Of a DNA stretch of 64,000 nucleotides, positions 11,431 to 23,700 are shown piece after piece. The stretch's first letter is position 1; each line of letters opens with the position of its first letter. The notes under the pieces are model-generated. The model was not told the DNA's origin. It saw only the letters and a program-made list of their open reading frames with translations, and ran no database searches. This DNA is from Marsupella aquatica (taxonomy: Eukaryota > Plantae > Marchantiophyta): positions 22,147,168-22,211,167 of the forward strand of contig OZ316891.1 of NCBI GenBank assembly GCA_973895155.1, read 5' to 3'. The position numbers were made by a program, and so were the translations under genes.

Positions 11431-13052
11431 CCTCTTCTTCCTCCTCCTCCCTCAGATCAAACGAAAAACGATGAAGAAGAAGGCCCAGAAATCCTGTTCT
11501 CCTTTTCGTTCCCTGTCTCCAGCGCGTTCACGCATTCTCCAGATATCTGCCTCATCAATTTCCGCCGCAACTCCACGCGGAGCAATCATTATGCAAGTTC
11601 TGCAGCTTCCACCAGAGTTGTGCAATGCGAAAGCAACTGAACTGTATTGGATGGATTCACGGTGATGGAGGTCCTTCTCGGCTCCCTTGCCTCCCTCCTC
11701 GCCCTCAGCAACAGCCCCCTTACGTGATCCCTCGCTGGGACTTCAAGCTCATCAGCCTCCTCTTCTCAGAGAAAGCCCCCTGTGCTTGATTCCTGGGTCT
11801 TCAAGCTGGGAGAGTGAGGTCTGCCTCCCTCCTCCTCGTGGAGCTTCCCCTAACTTGATGTCCTTCGTGATTTTTTTTCCTCTTGTATATTTCAGGGCGG
11901 GCATTATTGGAACTTAATACCCCTCGCCATTTTTCTGTTTGTATATTACAAAGCACTTTGGCGCATAATACTTGTTTTTATTTTCAGGGCATTTTGGAGC
12001 ATAATGTCCCTGTCAAGATCTGGATAATCTCTTTAGAAAGATTCTTCTCAATGTTTAGTAAAGTTAGACAAAAGAAAAGTCTCTCTGGCCTTTAAGTGTA
12101 CTAAGGTCTCATTTCTGGAGCATCATGGGCAATAACCCCTAAAAACTCGAGCTGAGGTTCTAGTTTTCAGGGCATTATATCCCATCAGGCCCTGTCAAGA
12201 TCTGGATCAACTCTTCGAGAAGGCTTTTCTTTATTTTTACTAAAGTTATAAATTAAAAAAATCTATTAGAGTTGCAAGCTTAGTAAGGTCCTATTTATGG
12301 AGATTAATAGCCCCTCAAAACTGAAGCTGTTGTTTTTTGAGGCCTTTGGCTTTCCCACAAAAGTGTGGCTTTCAAGAAGTAAGTTTTATGAAGATAATAA
12401 TTTCCCTCTCGAAAATAGGCAGCCTAAACGGGGGGGTCAATGCGCACAAACGGATTGATGTTAATAAATGTTTCTTTTATTCATTCTCGTTCCTTTTTCC
12501 TTCAATTGTCTTCCACTCCGCCAGTACAACACACGTCGAGAACTCTTGGTCACTAGGTATTTTTCAAGTGCCCTATCAGCCTAATTAAAGTAACATTCCT
12601 GAATCTAGCATTCCATTTTATTTTTTTTCATAATTTTTAATGCTCCGAGCATAATTTCACATACCTTCAGGACACGAACAAGTATGTGAATTGGGATGGA
12701 CAGAAGGGCATGTCATAATTGTTAAGAGTATCTTTATAAAATTTGCCCAACTTCATGAATACTGATTGTAGGCTGTCCCCAACCTCATAGGTGTGAACAA
12801 AAACCCTGGCTGGGTACTATGATTAGCCTGTCAAAGCTTTACTGATAGAGAAAGCCACAAATCATTGGGACTAACTAGGTATTCGTAGTGTGCTCACGAG
12901 CGCATCTCAACATTATGTTAATATGGCACGCACAGTCCCATAATTTCATACTCAAGAAGAGACGAAGATTAACAGCCTGGAATGGTCAATATTAAATCTT
13001 CACCAGAGTTGTGAACTTTTTGTGACCTTTCATGTGCTAGACATCCATCTGT

Positions 13053-15251
13053 TTAGAGGATGATACTGAATAGTTTCGTCAGAAGCGGATCCTGAGCCGG
13101 GAGTAGTTGCATGGTGTGAGGAGACGGCCTCACGTCTGGGTGAGGGCTCCAGAAGAAGTAGACCTCCGAGAAGACGCTCCAGTTGCCAGCGGGGTACGAG
13201 ACCCAGTTGTGGATCAGAGCGGCGCTCTCCTCAACTATGTCTGCGAACGAGTTCTTGTTGTATTTGCATTCCTCCACAAAGAAGCGGCCCACGTAATTTG
13301 AGAACTCGATGGCGAGAGTGCTGTGGCTTGGGTGCAGCTTTGGGTTCCACTCCCACGTAGACTTCTCCGGATGCCACTGGCTGGCATACAACGGCATGAC
13401 TGTGCCCTCGATGGAGGAGACGAACTCCTTCCCATTACGGTCCTTGTTAGTGGACACGATTCGGAACGAGGAGTCCACCCATGGATCTCTCAAGAAGGCC
13501 GCGGGACGGACTCCTAGCTCGTGGTTGTTGTAAACGATGTCACTGTCCGGGTGGGTCACCTGGAAAAGGGTCCAGTACAGCCACAAATTAGCCTTCCACT
13601 CTTCTTCAAAACATGCTACCTATAAGATCATGTCGACCTCAAACATCCAACGCAGCCCTGAAAATTAGTCTTTCTGGAGAGCCGGGCCGGAGAGTTGATC
13701 GATGTAAGTCGCCGCCAGCCGCCGGCTCTACCACTTATAGAGCATTGTTCAATCAATTACAGGCTCAGGTGTGCATAGTCCACATGCTATGTATTACTCC
13801 AGCAATCTCCACCAGAATGCAGTAACGGATCACCGGGTCCGAAATTTCAGCAGATGAATATTAAAGTAATGGTCTGCCAAGGCCGCCGTGGGCCCGCATT
13901 TCCATCAACGATTGTAATATTAGAAAACCTGCTAGTCAGCCCATGATAAAAAATGAATGAAGATGAATGCGAAAGAGGTTATACATAAAGTGGAGCAAAC
14001 TCTTTGTATTGACGTATATACGTTCGTGACGGAGTACTTCTCTTCAACGCTTCTACACCGCATCAGTGCGATGGGAACTAACTAACTTCTCTCTCCAGTA
14101 ACGACAGATTCCACAGGAGGGAAAATTTGACATGAAATAGACGCTCTCATGTATTCAGACCATATGTTAAACCTCAGTTCTCGATTAGGACGAACATCAT
14201 CCGCCAAGACCGAGCCAAGCCAGTGAACTAGATGTTCAAGTTCTCGTAAAAAACTTGAACAAACCTGAACTAAGGTGCTGCAGACCCCAGCGTAGCATAA
14301 CTCCAGTGCGGCACAAGGGGAGAAACAGCATCCCTCGGAAGCAAAGGGAATGCAAATTTCAATCTCTGTTACGGACAATAGACACAATACAAGATGGTAG
14401 ACATGATTACATTAAACTAATGTATAATCATAGCATCCAGAAAATCTGACGAGCTTGTATGGTCATTCTAGCTTACGGCTATGCTCCGCGTGGGACCCAA
14501 TTGAGCAAGGCATGGAGACTCTTCGTTTCGTCCAGAGGCAGATTGAGTACTCGGCATAAACGTACAAGACAGCCGCGAAAGTCGGAAACAGCTGACGAGA
14601 AAGTGAGTTTCATACCTCATTCAAAAGTTCGCGGCTTAAGTTTTGAAAGAGGCGGCTCCGCACTCCGTAAGAGGTGAGGTCGAGGTTGATAGGGAGGTCG
14701 ACAGCATCAGTGGACTCCAAAATCGCCTCGTCGTTGTCTGTCTCGACGAGCAGCTCCATCAGCCGCTCGAAGCCGAGGCAAGTGCCCCAGACGGGATAGT
14801 AATTCCCCTTCTGATTCTCCTTAATTGCGTACTCGAGGATGAACTCCGTCGTGCGACGGTACTTGAAACCTTCCGGCTCTTCGTCCGTAGGGTTGAACTC
14901 TACCATGCTCCCAGTCCAGAGCACGCCGTTCACCTTCGACAGAATCGACTCCAGCTCCTCCTCGGAGGAATCGTAGAAGATCGGCGCCACTCTGGCCCCT
15001 CCAGCCTGCACAAACCGCACGTACGATGTGGCAAAACTCTGAACTCCGAACACCATCTCCTCCTTCACCGTCACGGGCAGCGTCACGATGCCAATGACTG
15101 GCCGATGCGTCTTGATCCTCCGCGTCAGAGATGATACCGAGCTCATCGAAAACGTCCTCGACAACGATTTCCCTTCAGCAACTGAGCACGTCGACAAGGA
15201 TGCGAAGAACAACACCAAGCACACTCCGATTACTTCCCTCTTCGCTGCCAT
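13053..15251 (-). CDS. GGH: Gamma-glutamyl hydrolase (peptidase C26), 2 exons, ~380 aa, with signal peptide
   Basis: Exons 15251-14616 and 13559-13053 joined by a phase-0 GT..AG intron. Motifs RPVIGI, SYVRFVQAGGARVAPI, catalytic GTCLGFE and QWHPEK; hydrophobic N-terminus. Confidence 0.9.
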
Positions 15252-15933
15252 CTTCGTGACCACAACCTCAAATTCTTGACCAGCCCTCGACAGCTCCTCT
15301 ACTGCAGACTGTGGCCCTAGTACATCTATGCCTCCGCGCTCTCACGATTGCGAGCTGCAACCTGTAGCCCGCGTTGATGACAATGCTACAGTCACAACTT
15401 ACAACAGAGACCGCAGTTGATCGATTTCCTCCGCGCTTTCACAACTACGAGGTACTAACGCACTCCAATGCTACATTCGCAACAACAGAGACCGCAGTCG
15501 CTCGATTCCTCCGACCTCCCACAGCTGCGACGCAATTCACAACACAATGCTCAGCGAAGTCGCAACTTAGTCCATCGATTCCTCTCCGGCTGCCACAATT
15601 GCGAGACAAATGAATGACTTCCTCCGAGCTTTCACTCCGCAATGCAACGCTAAATTCTCAACAGCACAGTCGTTAAAGTGAAAATTGCTGCACAATGAGT
15701 GACTCGATGCAATGCGGGGAAAATTGTCCTTTCGCAACTTACAGCAGAGTGTTGTGCTGCGAGTGGATCGATTCCACCCAGCTTCTAATATTACACACGC
15801 AAGACGAGTGCTCCATGCAATTCACAGCAGAGAGCTATGTGAAATGTACCATTCTGCTCAATGAAATGCCGACGGGTGATGACGGGTGATGTACGAAGGA
15901 GGGAGATTGGAGCGATGCTCGTCGCCGTGGACG

Positions 15934-15943
15934 GTTTATATAG
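15934..15943 (-). promoter_or_regulatory. Candidate TATA box of GGH
   Basis: Minus-strand CTATATAAAC about 690 bp upstream of the ATG, with a possible 5'UTR intron (donor GTAAGT near 15740). Confidence 0.4.
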
Positions 15944-16949
15944 GAGAGACTAACGAGACGCGGCGACCTGACCTCGTACAAACGCATGGACAGATACTTT
16001 TTGGTGTCCCAGTAATTCTCCTGTCGAATTAGTGTAACTAATTACTATTACCACTGTAGTTTTTGGCATTTTGCAGACTAAGAGTTGCATGGGGTACAGC
16101 TTACTGTCCTGAATAATTGGACCGCGCGCGGTATGGTGAGTGGGTGTGGTATGGTATGGTGAGTGACTGATGAGTGAAATGGAGTTATGGAGGGGAGGGA
16201 GGGTACGGTAGGGCCAAGCCGTCGTCCACTACTGTACGCTCTGTAGAAGGCGACAGAGAACGGTGCAGGTGGGGGCCGAGGGGTAGGGCCGAGCCGAACG
16301 CGTGGGTGCGGGAATACAGCCCGGTTCATGCACAATCCATGAATCCGAATGAATCAGGGTGCGGCGAATTATCATCGAATATGCCCCTATGGAAGTTTCC
16401 CACCGTCGAGATACGTCCTGGACGAGAGATTGGACGGCCCATCTGCGACGACGAGCGCATGCAGATACGTACGCTGCGCTGACTGGAACGAGCGGCGCCG
16501 ATTGCATGAATGGAACGGTGAGCGAAAAGACTTCTCTCTTCGGACGAGCGAAAAGACTCCTCACTCACAATTTTTAACTTTAGTTAGGGTAGACTTGGGG
16601 TCTAAGTTTTGCCAGAGTAGATCTAGGGTACTATATAGAAGACCTGTTTATTAGCGGCTCGAATTTAGACAAATTTAGTGGGCTCTATAAAATGGAGAAG
16701 ACAAAAATTGGACTGAGGGTCGTCAGTCACAAACAGGTGGGCAGATAGCATTTACTCTAAAGCTACCTGAGTGGAACATGGTTTATCTAACCAAATTTTG
16801 ACAGATTAATATCTAACCAAATAGTAGATTCTCGGGTTTATTAGAGGCTGCTTGAAAAGATCTTTTTAACTTATCTAATTTTGCCAATTTTTATTAGAAG
16901 TTGAGAGAGCTATAAATTTTCAGAGAAACTGTCACCCGGTGTACACTTA

Positions 16950-18300
16950 TATGGCTTCTGAAAGTTCTTGATTGGGAAACCTTGACCTTCATTTTCTCCT
17001 TGGATAAGCAGTGGAAAAGGTTGTTCTGGGTTTGTCAGAATAAACTTGGAAAGCTTTCCAAAGAGTCTAATATTGTCAACTTGCATGAAGCTTTGAGAGA
17101 ACTACAAATTTCCAAAGATGACTATCTTGGTTTCTGACACATTTAACCCTCCTAATTATGTAATGTGTACCATCTGAGTGCCAGGAAGTTAAAGAGAGTT
17201 TGCTGCAATCCATCCAGGTTGGGAAGTCCATCTCAGCATTGTGGAAAATGTGGAGGTCCAAGCTTCAATTTCTTGATCCACTTGCAACATCTGCCACCCC
17301 TTTTTACCCACTGCCCCTTATATATCCCATTGATGATGAACTTTGCAACTATGTCTAGTTCCCTGAGCCTTATTTTTTTTGGTTTGGGGATTCGGGCGGA
17401 AGGGGTGGGGGGGGAGATATCGTGGGTTCACCCTGCCCCGTTGACTGCCTAAAATCTTGATATAAAACTGTTAAAATAATTTATGTTGCTATGTATACCC
17501 AGGTCACATATAGGGTGTCTAACCCATCCCCTTGAGGGGAAAATGGGCATGGAAACATGTTGTAACTCCCAAGTTTGGGACCCTCAGTCCCCAGATCACC
17601 TGAAAACCATCCCAAGACAAAAGTTTTTGGGAGGTCAAAGTTGAACTCGGCATGGAATGAGTCCATTCCCTATAAAGGGTGTAATTTGTTACCCTCTGTA
17701 AGCCTTCAATTGCTTCTTGAGTGCCATTAGTCATTGTCACAATGATTCTAGATGTTCTCAATGCAAGCTGGCATGTTAGTGAGAGTTAACAGAAAAAGTC
17801 ATTTTGTATTTCTTTTGATTATAGGATTCCAATGTAGTTGCCCTCTATTCAGGCTGAAAATTGGGGGCCATGATTGGTTTAGGACATCTCACTCTAATTC
17901 CAAGCAAAAATTCAGAAATGGTTTACCTAGGGTTTACAGTGCATGACAGGGGACAAGGAGATAGGTGGTTATGCAGGACGAGGTTGAGGCTAGGTGTTTG
18001 TATTCTAGGCTGGCATCAAATTGAATAGTCAAAAGTCTCCTCTTGAACAGTTTATAAACCACCTGTTTTACGAGTTAAAGGTCATGGTGCACCGTCCAGA
18101 TGTATTCAAAGACACCCATGTAGCTAAAACCAGCATGGACCAAAGAAAATTACACAAGGAAAAATCAGACAAGCGCTGTAATGGCATTAGGCAGCCACTA
18201 TAGAAAATCTGGGAACTTGGTAACCTTTCCACCAGAAATGTGTCATAGTTAGCCATCAGGAGAGCTGAATTAATAGTAAAACAGTCTTACAATATCCGAC
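16950..18300 (-). mobile_element. Possible heavily decayed LINE ORF2 remnant
   Basis: Broken frames give TQEAIEGL..GMDSFHAEFN, reminiscent of the LINE motif EI.EAI..L..K.PGPDGF.AEFY. Many stops; boundaries uncertain. Confidence 0.3.
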
Positions 18301-20774
18301 TTCTCATAGTGGCAGTTTTCAAAGATGATTAGCTGAAAATTGGAATCTCAAAATCTTCAAATGGCATGCAGGGCAGTCAGCAATAGTATGACATGTCATC
18401 TAAAATAAATCACACAATCAGATGTGTAGATTCATTCAATCTTGTGTGACCAACCCCTTTTTGGTCACTAATCTGGTAATTATTGTTACATTGACAAACT
18501 GTCACTGGAGCCTTGATACAAGTTCATGGAGGTTGCTGGGTCACTCCTAGATTCCATTTAGACTTTATTTTCTGGCCTGCGGGATTTCAGGGGATGCCCT
18601 GTTTCCTTTACTATTTTTGACCTTATTGAGTCTTGATGAATTTCAGGTCCCTGCCTTTTCCTTTTGGGAATGTGCCTGTTCTGTTATTGCTGTCTTGCCA
18701 GTATTTAAAGTTTGATTCAAGCAAAAAAATAATTTAAAGAATCTAGCAGGAATCAGGGCATCCAACTACTGTAAAGTTCTTGCAGGGAGAAATTTGACTC
18801 CCATTTGCTAGCAGAGCAATGGTGGAAGACTGGGAAGGAAGGAAGAGGAAAGTCTCAACGTCAAGTGACAAAAAGAAGAAGCAAACACAACAATAAAGTT
18901 TGTGGGCGCAGGGAGTTGTGGAACAAAGCAATCACCTTGTGATATATGAATTACAACCTGCAGGAGAATACACAATACTGGTGCATTTAAGTTTACAACT
19001 ACAGTGCAAGTTTTTCAGCGGGGGCTGATGGATGACAGGAAGAATTCAGCAGTACTGCGAGGCATTGGACTTATTCGCGATCATGAAAGTGGGTCCTATT
19101 CCCATTTGATATCCAATTTGTTTGTATATAGAAACATATATCAAACTAACAAGGGTTTTGGATATGAAATCCATCCTATATTAGGTGTATACATTGTGAT
19201 GAGAAGATTGGGTACATAATCATATTGACATCAAAGATAATTGAGATGCTAGTATTAGTGCACTAGGAGGCATCAGCTAATTGCACAACTACGGATTGCT
19301 TGAGGATCTCCAATGAGTAGTCTCTAATCCTCTAGTTCAATTCTCTAGTGCAAGTTGAACTTCTTAAAACTGCTGGTCAGTTGAAGTTGTAGTTTCAAGA
19401 AAGAATTATCATAGTCCCATTGATACAAGGTGGCAATCCTGGAATTGGATGAGGAAGCCATTCAGAGCATTGGTAGAAATTCTGATTAGATCATTTTTCT
19501 TTTCCATTTTCTGAGTGCAAAGAGGAAGGGAATGTGTTGATGATGACACATTCAGACATCAGACCTTGCATAGGAGGGTCCTGCTAAGCAGCCTATTCAT
19601 GAAATCATGTAAAAGTAGATTGGGTAATCAGGATAGAGGCATTTGCAATGGAATCATGATGGAAGGGACTTAACAAAATTGTCATTTGTCTGCAATTGTG
19701 TGAAAAACTTTGGGCTAGCTATTGCTGTAAAACTAGCATCAGAATGCAGTAGATGGTTTTTGCCTGTGGATTAATGAATGCGGGTCAAGTGTGTTGAACA
19801 GATGGTAAAATTTCAGGGGAAGTGTTTATTAAATACAACGTTTGGGCAGGCAAGAGGAATGATGTAGGTTACAAAGAATCCTTAGGCAGCCTTGAATACA
19901 ACAGTAGACAATCAGTGAAAGTGAGGACACATAGAAATTGAAACATTTTCAGGGATGACTGCCTATGTGAGTCAACAGGTGTGTGTGAATAGGCAAGGTG
20001 TAAATTAGGTTAATATGAGGGATTCCTGGAAAAACGGACACGGGCCATAGACACTCAGAAAGAGGGGCAAGGCTAGCCAGCATGACTGGAATCATGATTT
20101 ATAGAAGAGGTAACAATAAAGAAACATTGAAGTCTATATGCAAGAAGGATATGCAAGCATTGTGAAAGATTAGTAGACAGTGCAAGGTCTTGGCAAGTGT
20201 GGCAGTGGTTGGTTCAATTAGTTTGTTTGTGAAATTAAGAGGAAACAAAAACACGGCTCACCAAATGTGCCCTGAAAAAAATTCTTTTAGGAGCAATAGT
20301 GCTTAACTTAGGGATGCATCTTGCAGTGTTCAGACTGATCAAGTTCCATACATGTCGCTCTCTCATTAACTGCTGCAATCAGGTATATAGCTAGTGAGAA
20401 AATTAAAGCCCAGAGAAGGCATGGCCTAGAGAAGGTTTGTTGTTGAATGTCCTTCTTGCATATATAATACTTGCCTCTGCATCTCTTTGCTGGTCATATA
20501 TCTATTCTGTCAGACATGTTGCTTGATTTCTCTTAAAGTCCACCAGCCCAAATTAGGCAAATTCAAGTTATCATCTGAGAGATTTTTAACGCAGGTGCAA
20601 ATCACTATTATATTGTCTAGCTAACTCCTCCTAAGTGAAAGAAGGCTGCATGTGAGCACGAGTGAGACTTGCTTCAATTTTGGAAACTGCCACTATCTCC
20701 TTTCAGCAATCATTCTGGATCAGGAGAAAGATTGAAAAGATTGTTTGCCACTCTGATTTAATTGCTACGATTCA

Positions 20775-23700
20775 ATGTGGAGGTTTAAAGATTGTATGCG
20801 TATCACTTGTAGTAAGTCGATTCTTCAGTTTCTTCAGGACAAGTAGTCTACCCTATTTTTTTACAAAGTTGTTGTCTACTTCCTACAGTTAACTTCTCGA
20901 TCTTCCTATGCACCTATGTATTGAATGCCTTTTTAAATGGCCTAAGTAAGAAATTGGTGCAACCATTTCTGTGCATTGAATCCTATATTATTTTGAGAAA
21001 CTGGTTGCATCATGAGTTTTCTGGTGTCCTACTGTTGCCTAATATGATCCCATCAGGTGTCTGCATGCAATTGTTGTGCCTGGAAGGCAGCCTTACTTTC
21101 TTATGTCAAAACACCTTACATATGTCTTGTTGCAAAATTTTGTACTTACTACAGCGCGCATCTTGTGACTCCTATGCTCAATGTCGTGCACATATTTTGG
21201 GGCACACATATAGGGTGCTGCACATATTGTTGCTGTCTTGAGAGCAGAGGATTCCACAATCATTCCTCAGAAAATTTCAGACTTTTACCCCTGGCATAGG
21301 CGGTTCTTATGCATCCATGCTTTGCTCCTTTTGCATATAGTAATGCTCAAGTTTTTAAGGGGTTATTATTGCCAATAATACCCTGGTAACAAGGAGTTAA
21401 AACACTGTAGTCCTTGAAAGTTGTTCTCCTTTTTCACACTTGAAGGCAATCCCAAACTTCATGCAATTTTAGAGTTTACATTCTTTACCCAAAGACAAGT
21501 AGAAGAAAAATTTCAAACCTTGCACTTCATACCACGGCCCATTCTCTTTCGTAAAATATAGAAATATACAAAAGTGAAAATCTTGTACTCAGGGATTTAA
21601 GAATATGGTAGTTATTTTTTCCTTACAGGGCACTAATGGGTCATAATACCACAAACAAACAAACAAAGGCTTTAGCTTGAGTTTTGAGGGACCATTATTG
21701 CCCATAATGTTCTGGTAACATGACACTAATGTACTTAAGAACTTAAGACCTTTTTTGTTTCTAGTATCTTTGGTAAAGTGGATGAGAATTTTCATAATGA
21801 GCCAATCCAAATCTTGACTGTGCATTTGTCTCCATAATGTACTGAAAATTATACTGGGACAAATCACAAATCACAAAGGGCATTAAGCATTGGTAATCAC
21901 TTGTTTCATTCGTAACTATTTATTTAAATTATCTGGCAGGCACTACAGCTGTTGCCAATCCAGCCTCCCAAGATGTCAGGTCGATTGCTTCAAATATCAA
22001 GTATCATGCAGAGTATACTCCCACATTTGCCCCTATGAAGTTTGAACTGCCAAAAGTTTACGCATCGACAGCGGCAAGCGTTCGTGACAACTTGATCCTA
22101 AGATGGAACGAGACTTACAAGCACTTGCACAAGACAAATCCCAAACATATCCACTACCTTTCTATGGAATTTCTGCAGGTGCAAATTTGGATCAAGCAGC
22201 ACATTCTTGCCCAACCAACCTCAATGATTAGTGGGGTTTCTATATCTAATTTCAAACTAAGTTTTATTTTCTTGTGGCCGGCTAGGCCACTTCTCATTTT
22301 GTGATTGCCTGCCATATCCTAAATTAATTTGACATTTGTGCCACGTTCTCATGTTCTTGATATTAATCCGACCACCTTTATTCAATTCACCTTTATTCTC
22401 TGCAGGGACGAGCTCTATTAAATGCCATTGGCAATTTGGAGTTAAGGGATGCATATGCGCAAGCCCTTCGAACCTTTGGATACGAGCTTGAAGATGTAAT
22501 AGAACAGGTAGGTTCCCCCTTCAAATCAACAGCCCTTTGTCCAACCTTCCCAATTGCTACTTTGACTGATTTCAGCAAATTTAGCTGACTGAGTGTAATT
22601 TAATTTTCCAATATGGCAAGGCCGCCAAGAGAAAAAAAACCAAGAGTCAAAATGATATATGTTCAAATTTGGCAAGGCCTAGTAAGCTTCACTAAATAAT
22701 ATGGGTGACTGTGAACTGATGGGGCTAACACCTCTCAAGAACATAATGATAACAACCTCCAAATAGCATTTGTCTGATCAAACAAATACTTTGCAGTGAC
22801 ATGTGCAGCTACTATGTCAACCTTAATTTGCATTTCTTGTAAATTTTATGGCAAAGCCTCCCTTCTATTAGGAAGTATAGCAAGCTGGCTGACTGGAGAG
22901 TTGGCTTGATAATATTTGTGGAACTTGAGAGTGAGGAGCTGAGTTTCACTGGATTTTATTTTTAAAAAAAATTCTGGAAATCGCATCGAATTATCATAGA
23001 GTGTAGTAAAGTTGCAAAAATTAAACCAAATAAGTATACTTTCATCTTCAAGAGTGGCCGAACTTCCCAAAAATAATCCTCCCCATTGATCTGTTGTAGA
23101 TCTCTAGTTGTGGGTACTTGTGTGGCTCCCGCCAAGGCTTGCCCCCTACAGGACATCTATGCCCCACTTGCAAACTTAGTTACTACACTAGATGAGAACC
23201 ATTAGATCACAACACTTTTGCAATAGATGTGGATCACTAGCTTATCACACTATTGGCCTGGTAGCTCTTTCCCCTTTTTTAGCTTTATTTTTTCTAGATT
23301 TTTGGTATTTACGTTCCCCTCTTCTTTAGTATTTGGTGTTTGTCCGCATTGGGCCCTTTTTGCTTTCCCTTCCTTGTGCTTTGTTTAAACTTGTTTTTTT
23401 GTAAAATGCGACCACTTTTCTTTTCTTTTCCGAAGGAATTTTATAGTATAACTTTTGCAGATCTTTCATGATTTTTCAATAACAACTGAGAGGTTTCATT
23501 TCAACTAAGTATTGTATATCTTCTTGGTTGTAGGAGCCAGATGCAGCGCTGGGAAATGGAGGGTTGGGAAGACTAGCTTCTTGCTTCCTAGATTCATTGG
23601 CCACACTGAACTACCCTGCTTGGGGTTATGGTCTCCGCTACAAGTATGGCCTCTTCCATCAAAACATCACAAAAGATGGTCAGCAAGAAATTGCCGAGAA

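Noticed and set aside
16692-16737. ATG...CAG|GTGGG as first exon of the phosphorylase
   Set aside because: The phase-0 donor is incompatible with the phase-1 start of the exon at 21940.
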